This document shows, one piece after another, positions 1-7,333 of a DNA stretch of 9,050 nt. The stretch comes from Candidatus Wukongarchaeum yapensis (GTDB lineage: Archaea > Asgardarchaeota > Wukongarchaeia > Wukongarchaeales > Wukongarchaeaceae). Under the pieces are notes generated by a model. It was not told the DNA's origin. It ran no database searches and saw nothing but the letters and a program-made list of their open reading frames with translations. Both the position numbers and the translations under genes were made by a program. The DNA is taken from assembly GCA_016840425.1 (NCBI GenBank), contig JAEOSI010000077.1, positions 1 through 9,050 on the forward strand, given 5' to 3'. The stretch's first letter is position 1. Each line of letters starts with the position of its first letter.

Positions 1-1
1 T

Positions 2-364
2 TCTTTGATGGATGCTGTTAAGGCGTTAAACATGTTTAAGAGGCTGGGAGTTCCAATTTTGGGAATTATTGAAAATATGAGTTATTTTACGTGTCCTCAT
101 TGTGGTGAGCTTACAGAGATATTTGATCATGGTGGAGCAGAGAAAGCAAGTGAAAGTTTAGTTGTGCCGTTTTTGGGAGCTATACCTTTGGATCCAAAGA
201 TCAGGATCGGCGGGGATTGTGGTAAACCCCTAGCAGTGATGGACCCACAGTCGCCTCAAACGGAATCTTTCCGGAAGATAGCGAAGTCTTTGGTTTCTAA
301 AATTTGTTTTGAAGCATTGAAAAGCCCTCTTTTTCAACAAAGTAGAGGGGGAGAGGATAAGTAA
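2..364 (+). CDS. mrp: Mrp/NBP35 (ApbC) family Fe-S cluster carrier ATPase, C-terminal part (5' truncated by window edge)
   Basis: The translation contains the family C-terminal signature VPILGIIENMSYFTCPHCGE..EIFDHGG and FLGAIPLDPKIR..GD.GKP. The frame is open from the window edge and stops at TAA 362-364. Confidence 0.93.
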   Translation, partial: SLMDAVKALNMFKRLGVPILGIIENMSYFTCPHCGELTEIFDHGGAEKASESLVVPFLGAIPLDPKIRIGGDCGKPLAVMDPQSPQTESFRKIAKSLVSKICFEALKSPLFQQSRGGEDK

Positions 365-387
365 AAAGATGCTAGTACTTTGAAAAG

Positions 388-873
388 GTGGGATTTTTGA
401 CGAGTCGTTCTATTTTTGAAATACTTGAGGAGAAGGGTATTAGGGTTTCTGATCTTATTGAAGCTGCCCTTGAGGTTTTTGTGCCCCATCCTTCTGTTGA
501 CGGTTCTCTAGATTCGAAGGAAGCGGTAAGGGAAGCTTTGGAGGAGGAGTTGAAGATAACTTTGTCTGATTTTAATGTTTGTTCCTTGCTTTTAGCGGGA
601 TTAAGGCTTGATGAAGATGGCTCTAGAGGATTGATTCCCAACCTCAGTATTAAGGATTATGAGAGTGATACAGTTGCGCTTGTTGCTGATGAAGTTCTTG
701 GAATGGCTTTGGCAAACTATTTAGCAGGTACTCGGGCCATTTTTCAGTTTAACCAGTTTGAGAGACTGAAACCCGGAATTATAGGTAAACTTTCTCCTTT
801 CCTTGATGATATAATATCCGGCCTTCTTGCTGGATGTCTTACAAATCTATATAACAAGAAGATTTTACGGTAA
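388..873 (+). CDS. cobZ: Archaeal alpha-ribazole-5'-phosphate phosphatase CobZ (PgpA-like fold), cobamide nucleotide-loop synthesis/salvage
   Basis: Recognised motifs are FVPHP, LSD.NVCSLLLAG, YESD...LVADEVLGMALANY, KPGII..L.PFLDDII.GL.AG. The true start may be the in-frame TTG at 397, which has AGGTG (386-390) upstream. Confidence 0.85.
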   Translation: MGFLTSRSIFEILEEKGIRVSDLIEAALEVFVPHPSVDGSLDSKEAVREALEEELKITLSDFNVCSLLLAGLRLDEDGSRGLIPNLSIKDYESDTVALVADEVLGMALANYLAGTRAIFQFNQFERLKPGIIGKLSPFLDDIISGLLAGCLTNLYNKKILR

Positions 874-882
874 ATTAGAGGG

Positions 883-1893
883 GTGAAAAGTAGTTTGAGG
901 ATTTCTTTAGGTCTTACTACTGGAATGCGTATAAAAGATGGTTTGGAGTATGCCCAAATAGCGGAGGATAGCGGTTATTATAGGATTTTTGTTGGAGAAG
1001 ATGTGCTTTCGAGAGAGGTTTTTACTTACCTTTCATTGATTTCTTTAAGGACTCAGAGGGTTCTTATTGCTTCAGGTATTGCGGCTTTATTTGCTCGGAA
1101 TGTTGCTTTAATTGCTTCGGGAGCTGCAGGGATGCAAGAGCTAAGCGGTGGAAGGTTTACTTTGGGGATCGGCATAGGCGGTGCGCCTGAAATTGAAAAA
1201 CTAACAGGTAAAAGACCTAAGAAAGCGGGGAAAGTTTTACGGGAAGCAACCACAGTACTTAAAAAGCTTTTCAATAAAGAGAAAGTAACTTATAACGGCT
1301 TTTATGTCGATTTAGACGGCTATGAGCTTGAAATACCTTTTAAAACCCCTCCAGAAATATATTTCGGGGTCAGGGGGCCAAAATTGCTTTCAATTGCTGG
1401 TGAATTAGCAGACGGCGTGATTTTCAGCGGACCCAAAAAATACCTATTCCAAGCAGTAAAGGTATTAGATGAAGCTGCTGAAAAAGCTGGCAAAAACCCA
1501 AAAGAAATAGCTAAAGTTTTATGGAACCCTCTTATGATAGCAGAAAAAGCAGAAGAATTGGAACAAGCCAAAAAAATAGTTGCTACTATAATTTCAACAT
1601 TACCCTCTTTCATATTAAAATACCTTGAAGATCAAAAGGAACAGATAGAAGCAATAAAATCGGTCTATGAAGCAGTAGAATATGGTGGTATGGCGGAGAC
1701 AATAACAGAAGCAAGTAAAAAGGTAACTCCAGAGCTCCTTGACCAGTTCTGCATCACAGGATCCAAAGAAGAAATTATTGAGGCGTTTAAAGAATACCAA
1801 AAAGAAGGGTTTCAAGAATTTATTATAGGACCACCCTACGGCAGCGAACCCAAAAAGGCTATAGCAGCCTTTAAACCTTTTACAGAAGCGTGA
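883..1893 (+). CDS. LLM (luciferase-like/Mer-like) oxidoreductase, probably F420- or flavin-dependent
   Basis: 336 aa with TIM-barrel LLM motifs: AEDSGY..IFVGED, ELSGGRFTLGIG, PEIYFGVRGPKLL.IAGELADGV, and a C-terminal ITGS.EEIIE...EY..EGF. GTG start 9 nt after the cobZ stop. Confidence 0.85.
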   Translation: MKSSLRISLGLTTGMRIKDGLEYAQIAEDSGYYRIFVGEDVLSREVFTYLSLISLRTQRVLIASGIAALFARNVALIASGAAGMQELSGGRFTLGIGIGGAPEIEKLTGKRPKKAGKVLREATTVLKKLFNKEKVTYNGFYVDLDGYELEIPFKTPPEIYFGVRGPKLLSIAGELADGVIFSGPKKYLFQAVKVLDEAAEKAGKNPKEIAKVLWNPLMIAEKAEELEQAKKIVATIISTLPSFILKYLEDQKEQIEAIKSVYEAVEYGGMAETITEASKKVTPELLDQFCITGSKEEIIEAFKEYQKEGFQEFIIGPPYGSEPKKAIAAFKPFTEA

Positions 1894-1897
1894 TAAA

Positions 1898-2770
1898 ATG
1901 GAATATGGAATTAGTTTCATTGGGGGAAAATTTCCTATGAAAGAAACCATAGAAAAAGCAAGCCTTTCAGAAAGGGTTGGATTTGATTATATTTGGGTAG
2001 GGGAATCACCAACTTTTGCGCTACCCTTCGAACTAATAGCAGCCATAGCAGAAAACACGGAGAAAATAACCATAGGCTTAGGGATTATATCCCCTTTACT
2101 CTATAATGATATTCATATAATTAAAGCATTTCAAACTTTAAAGGAGATTCACGGGAACAGGTTTATCATAGGGCTTGGGCCGGGAGACCGGCACCACTTA
2201 GAATCGGTAGGCTTAGAACAGAAAAATTTCTTGAAGAGGATTAGGGAGTGTATTAAAAGCTTAAAAGAGCATAAAGCCACAAAAGATATGCCGGTTTTTG
2301 TGGGGGCAGCGGGTCCAAAAATGATAAAACTTGCAAGTTCTGAATCAGACGGCGTATTACTAAACTATGTTTACCCCACTTTTATTAAATGGTCACTTAA
2401 ACTCTTTAAGGATAAAAATTACACAGTAGCTTATGGACCTTCTTTGGTTTGTCCTGATACGAAAAACAGGAAAAGATTACTGATGGCTACTGCCACTGTA
2501 GCAATAAGTATTCGAGAGGAGATACAAGAAAAATTTGGAATGAAAGAAACTATAGACGAGATCAAAAAAATATTTGAAGAAGGGAATTTCGAAGAAATAT
2601 GGAAATACGAAGTATTTCTCGCCGAAAAATTCGCCTTATGCTCCCCGGTAAGCAAACTAAAAGAAAGAATAAAAGAACTTGAAAAACTGGGAGTAGATCA
2701 AATAATCTTCAGCTATCCATCAAGTCACAATAAAACATCAATAGAAAAGCTCTCAAAAACTTTCTTTTAA
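1898..2770 (+). CDS. Second LLM/Mer-like oxidoreductase (shorter paralogue)
   Basis: 290 aa with ERVGFDYIWVGE, NRFIIGLGPGD (Mer-like GPGD), PVFVGAAGPKMIKLA...SDGVLLN and LEKLGVDQII. Starts 4 nt after the previous stop. Confidence 0.85.
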   Translation: MEYGISFIGGKFPMKETIEKASLSERVGFDYIWVGESPTFALPFELIAAIAENTEKITIGLGIISPLLYNDIHIIKAFQTLKEIHGNRFIIGLGPGDRHHLESVGLEQKNFLKRIRECIKSLKEHKATKDMPVFVGAAGPKMIKLASSESDGVLLNYVYPTFIKWSLKLFKDKNYTVAYGPSLVCPDTKNRKRLLMATATVAISIREEIQEKFGMKETIDEIKKIFEEGNFEEIWKYEVFLAEKFALCSPVSKLKERIKELEKLGVDQIIFSYPSSHNKTSIEKLSKTFF

Positions 2771-2889
2771 ATTACGCGGTTTTATTTGGGTTCTATGGTA
2801 AAGAGAACAGTTTACACTCAGATTTTTGGAAATAAGGGCTAAAAAACAGCGTTTCAATTAAAAAAAATGAATAAAGGAATGGTTGCAAG

Positions 2890-3378
2890 CTATAGATTCA
2901 CCAGATCTCCATAGTAATGGATTAAAGGTTTTTTGTAATTTGTTCGGGCCGCTATGACTTCAGCTATAAAGATAGTATGGCCTCCTACTTCATGAGACTC
3001 AACAACTTTACATTCAAGGTTTGTATGAGCATTCTTAATTAAAGGGGGCTTTACCTTATTTGCAGGCTCTGTTTCAAGGTTTATTTGAGAGAGTTTATCC
3101 ACATCACGCCCAGAATGGCTGCCACAATACTCTGCATGCTTTTTCCATGTTGGATCAGCTAAAATTCCGTTAATAACGAACTCACCGGTTTTCTTAATGA
3201 TTTCATGTGTATATCTTGAAGGATGAACAGCGATTACTATCATCGGAGGCTTCTCAGAGGCTTGGCAAAAATAACAACCAGTCATGATATTTGATTTACC
3301 ATCCTCATCCATAGTTGTAATGAAATACATGGGGAATGGAAGTCCACTAATAGCTAGGTTTATATCACTTCCAGACAT
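2890..3378 (-). CDS. Flavin reductase-like (split-barrel, DIM6/NTAB family) FMN/F420-binding protein
   Basis: 162 aa with P.YFITT.D.DGK.NIMT, S.KPPMIVIAVHPSRYT.E.I...GEFVIN, SGRDVDK, PPLI.NA..NLECKV and GGHTIFIAEV. RBS GGGTGAT (complement of 3385-3391). Ends in TAG. Confidence 0.88.
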   Translation of the reverse strand: MSGSDINLAISGLPFPMYFITTMDEDGKSNIMTGCYFCQASEKPPMIVIAVHPSRYTHEIIKKTGEFVINGILADPTWKKHAEYCGSHSGRDVDKLSQINLETEPANKVKPPLIKNAHTNLECKVVESHEVGGHTIFIAEVIAARTNYKKPLIHYYGDLVNL

Positions 3379-3423
3379 AAAAATATCACCCTTAACAGTC
3401 TTTTAGGTTACTTGTACACAAGA

Positions 3424-3439
3424 TTTATAAAGCTTTTTT
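3424..3439 (-). promoter_or_regulatory. Putative archaeal promoter (A-rich BRE + TATA box TTTATAAA) for the flavin-reductase-like gene
   Basis: The - strand reads AAAAAAGC-TTTATAAA about 45 nt upstream of the ATG at 3378. Confidence 0.6.
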
Positions 3440-3522
3440 ATGAGAACATCGCTACAAAAACCTCTAACTTTACTTAGGTTTATTTTTTTTGAAGGAGGAG
3501 TTTTTTCTTTAAGATTTTTGAA

Positions 3523-3538
3523 GGGGGAAGTTTAAATA
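3523..3538 (+). promoter_or_regulatory. Putative archaeal promoter (purine-rich BRE + TTTAAATA) for the wHTH-GTPase unit
   Basis: GGGGGAAG-TTTAAATA lies 48 nt upstream of ATG 3587. RBS GAGGGTGG is at 3575-3582. Confidence 0.55.
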
Positions 3539-3586
3539 ATCGGAATTCGAAAGTTTGGTAATTTCCTCCGCGATGAGGGTGGAAAA

Positions 3587-3940
3587 ATGGATGAGGAATA
3601 TGTAGAGATAGATGAAGAGGAAATGGAATACATTTTATACAAGGCTTTAGGAACTATTCGAGGACAATTGTTAAAGGTCGTAGTCAAGGCAAAAAAGTCG
3701 ATAAGCGTCCAAGAAATCGCTGAAATAATGCAAATAGATGCGGAAACTATCATTAGTTCTGCAGATTTTTTCGCGAAAATAGGGTTTTTCGAGAAAACTT
3801 CGTCGGGTTATATGATAACATCGGATCCTAGAAAGCTCGAGGCAGCTACAATAAGGATCTCGATAGGAAATGATGGGGCAGCTACCCGAAGATTACAAGT
3901 GATTTTAGGTTCTTTGTTAGGACTTAAAATTAGAATGTAA
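3587..3940 (+). CDS. Hypothetical protein, probable winged helix-turn-helix
   Basis: 117 aa with a good RBS. The pattern IRGQLLKVV...SISVQEIAEIMQIDAETIISSADFFAKIGFFEKTSSGYMIT fits helix-turn-helix plus wing. The family is not recognised. Confidence 0.65.
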   Translation: MDEEYVEIDEEEMEYILYKALGTIRGQLLKVVVKAKKSISVQEIAEIMQIDAETIISSADFFAKIGFFEKTSSGYMITSDPRKLEAATIRISIGNDGAATRRLQVILGSLLGLKIRM

Positions 3941-4002
3941 AGGCTTCCCTGGCAGAGATTCTACCGTTACTAAAGTTGAAGAAAAAATTAGGAGGTTTTC
4001 AA

Positions 4003-5046
4003 TTGGTTAAAGTAGCCATCATAGCAGGTTTTTTAGGCTCTGGAAAAACTAGCGTAATTGTCCACATTGGAAAAACTTTGGGAGCGAAATACAAAAAGAA
4101 AGTGGCAATATTAGTAAACGAGATAGGAGAAATTGGCGTGGATGGTAAGTATATTGAGGATTATGGTTTTGAAACGAAGGAGATTACTCAAGGATGTATT
4201 TGTTGCACTTTATCCAGGGATTTAATGAGCACTGTTACAGTTCTAGCTGAGAAGTTTGGCCCTGACGTGATCCTTATCGAGCCTACAGGTGTGGCTTTTC
4301 CCTCAAGAATCAAGCAAATACTGCACGGGTTAATGTTAAAAGAGAAGATAGAAATGGCTCCCCTTATGACGTTGATTGACGGAGGACGTTTTATGCAGCT
4401 TTTCAGGGAGATGGAACGGTTTACCAGGAGACAGATAGAAGATGCGGAAATAATAGTGATAAACAAAAAAGACCTAATCGATTCTAAACAAATGCTCTTA
4501 GTTATAGAAACTTCTGCAAAGCAATTAAACCCTAAGGCTACTATCATGTCAATTTCTGCGAAAAATGAGGAGGGAGTAGATGAATTACTCGAAATAATTC
4601 TTGAGGAAGAGGTCTTAAGTGACCTTACAAAACCAGCAGATCTAGAGGAAGAGGCAGATTCGAAAAGCTTAGCTGGTATGGGTTCTCATGGCGTGGAGAT
4701 TCATTTTCCCCAAGGAAAAAAAGTATCCGGTTTTAAGGATGCCGTAAGCGAACTGTTACAAATAATAGGGCAAAAGGCCGAGGAATTGGGTTCTGAAAGG
4801 ATAGGGCATATAAAAGCAAGCATCAAGACGCCAGAAGGCGTCATGAAAATAAGCCTATTAGACTTGAAAAGAGGTGTTGAGATTAGCGGGAAATCCATCG
4901 ACGAATTTCAGGAAGGCGAGATGTCATTACTAGCGGTAATAGGAGAGCTTAAAGATGAACAAATAGAACAGATCGTGGAAGAAACTATTTCAAAAGTATT
5001 TGGAACTAGAAACATATATTTTGAACTCAAAAACCACGCCCATTAA
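4003..5046 (+). CDS. COG0523/CobW-HypB-UreG (G3E) family P-loop GTPase, probable metallochaperone, with C-terminal GHIKA-type domain
   Basis: Walker A GFLGSGKT, LVNEIGEIGVDG, metal motif GCICC, Walker B IEPTG and G4 INKKD are present, and the protein ends NHAH. Start set at TTG 4003 behind GGAGGT (3991-3996); the ORF track starts at 3976. Confidence 0.88.
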   Translation: MVKVAIIAGFLGSGKTSVIVHIGKTLGAKYKKKVAILVNEIGEIGVDGKYIEDYGFETKEITQGCICCTLSRDLMSTVTVLAEKFGPDVILIEPTGVAFPSRIKQILHGLMLKEKIEMAPLMTLIDGGRFMQLFREMERFTRRQIEDAEIIVINKKDLIDSKQMLLVIETSAKQLNPKATIMSISAKNEEGVDELLEIILEEEVLSDLTKPADLEEEADSKSLAGMGSHGVEIHFPQGKKVSGFKDAVSELLQIIGQKAEELGSERIGHIKASIKTPEGVMKISLLDLKRGVEISGKSIDEFQEGEMSLLAVIGELKDEQIEQIVEETISKVFGTRNIYFELKNHAH

Positions 5047-5070
5047 CTAATGAGTTAAAAAGATAAGTGC

Positions 5071-5106
5071 TTGACCTCCTCCTCAAACAGCTAAAGCAGT
5101 TGGATT
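5071..5106 (-). mobile_element. IS200/IS605-family right end (subterminal hairpin + TCAA terminus)
   Basis: The - strand reads AATCC-AACTGC-TTTA-GCTGTT-TGAGGAGGAGG-TCAA. This matches the known layout of IS605-group right ends (imperfect hairpin with TTTA loop, GAGG, TCAA cleavage motif), as I recall for ISDra2. Confidence 0.75.
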
Positions 5107-5413
5107 ACTCTGTTGGTAAGCCGTTTCCTAACAAGCTTTTTGGTTCTTGCTCCTCTTTCTTCAAGCCTTTCAAAGGGGTGGTTTCCGCTTGTTTGTCCAA
5201 CCAAGGGAGAAGCACGGGTTTAGTCACTTGCCCGCTAGCGTTATCCCTTTCGCCAGCATGAGCTTCGCGCTTATCGCCGCTTTGCGGATGTCATCGCACC
5301 CTTTTCGCTTAAGGGAACAGCATAGAGGCCTGTACTGATTGATATCGTCCTCGTCTTACCTGCCCTACCACCATGCTGTGCGGCAATGACCAGATTCAGA
5401 AAAGCGAAAATCT
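5071..5413 (-). ncRNA. Candidate structured RNA (TnpB omega/reRNA-like) or non-autonomous IS200/IS605 derivative with no ORF
   Basis: GC-rich (35/60 G+C in 5221-5280 vs 15/60 in 5401-5460) with many stems. G-U wobbles form on the - strand. Contains GAGCAAGAACC, similar to the GAAGCAGGAACC seen in TnpB 3' regions, and ends at the IS right end. No credible ORF on either strand. Confidence 0.55.
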
Positions 5414-5436
5414 ATACTAATCTATCACATTCATCC

Positions 5437-5471
5437 AAAAACAAAAAAATAAGAAGAAAGTAAGGAAAAAA
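5437..5471 (-). terminator. Oligo-T tracts downstream of ramA (archaeal-type terminator)
   Basis: The - strand has T6 (5466-5471) and T7-G-T5 (5437-5449) within 60 nt after the ramA stop. Confidence 0.45.
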
Positions 5472-5495
5472 GTGTATCGCCTATTTTTTAATGAT

Positions 5496-7160
5496 TTAGG
5501 TTTTTGCTTGGGTTACCTCCATCTTCTTCGCGATTTTTTCTGCGCTGTGTTCTAACATGTGGAAATTAAATACGTGTTCTGGGCACACTTTTTCACATCT
5601 GACGCAAGCACTGCCGTCGCAGAGGTCACTTAATACAAAAATCTTCGGGAAGTCGTAGAATATTGCGTCTTCTGGACATTCTTCAGCACATTTTTCGCAC
5701 TCTGTGCATCCTTCAAACTCAGCAACAAGTGTGACACCTATTTCCTTTAACACTTTTAAGCCCATTTCTCCAACGTCTGGAATGTCACGCTTAAGCTTCT
5801 TTTCAATTTTTGTCGTTTTTGATGGGGGCGGTATCTCTTGGATTTTTTTAAATTTGAGCATCTGGTTATACATTTGGAAAGGCATGCCCTCGTCCCAGTA
5901 TGCTAGCTCTTGCAAGTAAGCAAACTCAAAGACTGGCGCTGTTGCGAACATCACGTGTTTTGCTCTCATTTCGTCGGCTATTTTTTGAAGCCTGTCTAGG
6001 AGGCTTGGATCTCTGACTAGGTCTACGGCCATTGCTAGCGATGTGTTGCCTACCTGGTATATTCTTTCTGAAGTTGCAGGGATTTGGCCGACCATTTTAG
6101 ATTTTACTGCGTCCACATATGTTCCAGCTGCTCCACACATGTACATCTCGTTAACATCGTTCAGCGTTATGCCTGCCTCTTCCACTAAAGTTATGTGTCC
6201 TGCCCTGAAAGCTCCGAGCGCTTTTCCTGCTTCAAGAACGTCTTTCTCCGTGATTCTTACTCCATCTTGTAGATGAAGGATTTTATCTGAAGTATCAATT
6301 TTCGGCAATTTTATTAACCCACTATCTAAGCCATAAGCAATTGCCGCTATTACCCCTGTACCTGTAACGCCTTTTGCTTTACCGTGCATAGGTCCTTCTT
6401 CTATCACTTTTCCTACGGATGTGTTTATAAGGTCACCTTTCTGGGCTAGGATGTTTTCGTCTAAGACTATGCACCGGTAATATGCGCCCTCTTGTTGTAA
6501 GTCGGATATTGCTCCTGGAGCCGCCAGCATTCCATCCTCTATATGTTGTCCTTCTATGGCTGGTCCTGCTGCTGCCGAGCCACTGTATATGTCTCCATCG
6601 ACTTTGAGGGCGATTTCGGCGTTGGTGCCGAAGTCGGTGACAAGGGCTATCTCTTTTGTTTCAAGAAAGCCGCTTTTGAACATCATGGCTAAAGCATCAG
6701 CCCCGATCTCGTGGCGGATAGCTGGAGGGATTATGACATCAGCGTCGGGATTTATGTTTAACTTTAGATCGCTTGCTTTAAGGATCGTGGCATTTCTGCT
6801 TGGGGGGACGACTCCTTCGAGTTCAAGTTTCTTTTTTCCCGCCCATGCGAGGTCCCTGATCTCTATGTTTTGAAAAATTGAGAGCTGGATTGGGTTGCCG
6901 CAAACAGCAGCTCTTTCAACTTCTTCTAAGTTGACATCAAGTTGCTCAAACAAAGTGGCTATTGTGTCCAACATTAAGGCATTTGCTACATCTTCGCTGA
7001 CCTCTACAGCAAAGTGGAGGTGATCCATAACGTTAGCTCCTGGGACGGGGTGTCTTAAAGTGATTGCGGTTGATAAAATTTTACCAGTATTGAGATCGAT
7101 AGATTGTGCCCTAAAACCACTAGTCCCTAGGTCAAAACCAATTCCAAGACGCAAAACCAT
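5496..7160 (-). CDS. ramA: Methylamine methyltransferase corrinoid protein reductive activase RamA (ASKHA ATPase + C-terminal 2x[4Fe-4S] ferredoxin domain)
   Basis: N-terminal DLGTSGFRAQ, HPVPGANVMDHLHFA, AVCGNPIQLSIFQNIEIRDLA, HEIGADALA, DFGTNAE, GSAAAGPAIEGQ. C-terminal CTECEKCAEECP and CDGSACVRCEKVCP. Start is ATG 7160 (or GTG 7163 / TTG 7154). Confidence 0.92.
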   Translation of the reverse strand: MVLRLGIGFDLGTSGFRAQSIDLNTGKILSTAITLRHPVPGANVMDHLHFAVEVSEDVANALMLDTIATLFEQLDVNLEEVERAAVCGNPIQLSIFQNIEIRDLAWAGKKKLELEGVVPPSRNATILKASDLKLNINPDADVIIPPAIRHEIGADALAMMFKSGFLETKEIALVTDFGTNAEIALKVDGDIYSGSAAAGPAIEGQHIEDGMLAAPGAISDLQQEGAYYRCIVLDENILAQKGDLINTSVGKVIEEGPMHGKAKGVTGTGVIAAIAYGLDSGLIKLPKIDTSDKILHLQDGVRITEKDVLEAGKALGAFRAGHITLVEEAGITLNDVNEMYMCGAAGTYVDAVKSKMVGQIPATSERIYQVGNTSLAMAVDLVRDPSLLDRLQKIADEMRAKHVMFATAPVFEFAYLQELAYWDEGMPFQMYNQMLKFKKIQEIPPPSKTTKIEKKLKRDIPDVGEMGLKVLKEIGVTLVAEFEGCTECEKCAEECPEDAIFYDFPKIFVLSDLCDGSACVRCEKVCPEHVFNFHMLEHSAEKIAKKMEVTQAKT

Positions 7161-7227
7161 CACCTAATTTCTATTACATTTAAATTGATTTGAGTTAGTT
7201 ATCTTGGGAACATGTTTAATTTTTGAT

Positions 7228-7333
7228 GTTATTTGTGTTTAAGTGAGAATCGTTTATTTAATTATTTATATCTTACTAAAGTTATTTGTGTTTAAGTGAG
7301 AATCGTTTATTTAATTATTTATATCTTACTAAA
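7228..7333. repeat. Perfect 53-bp tandem duplication (2 copies) in the ramA upstream region
   Basis: GTTATTTGTGTTTAAGTGAGAATCGTTTATTTAATTATTTATATCTTACTAAA occurs at 7228-7280 and identically at 7281-7333. Confidence 0.97.

Noticed and set aside
5051-5070. A second target for the putative guide GCACTTATCTTTTTAACTCA inside the window
   Set aside because: No convincing match was seen by eye other than the native flank; a genome- or virome-wide search is needed.
5067-5338. ORF-track ORFs 5067..5261 and 5147..5338 (+)
   Set aside because: They have no recognisable protein features and overlap each other and the structured RNA/IS right end on the opposite strand; they are probably chance ORFs.
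5071-5413. Cobalamin riboswitch, tempting in a corrinoid cluster (AAGGGAA and CCCGC words present)
   Set aside because: The region lies between two 3' ends rather than in a leader. The motif order does not fit the B12 element, and there is no GCCACUG B12 box.
5071-5413. Group I intron / IStron (GACUAAA and AUCCGCA words resemble R and Q elements)
   Set aside because: There is no downstream UAGUC partner to form P7, the element ends in A (TCAA) rather than a terminal G, and it does not interrupt a gene.
5071-5413. RNase P RNA, SRP RNA or tRNA
   Set aside because: No GAGGAAAGUCC P4 motif, SRP helix-8 motif or cloverleaf/T-loop was found on either strand.
7228-7333. CRISPR array
   Set aside because: There are only two abutting 53-bp copies with no spacer.
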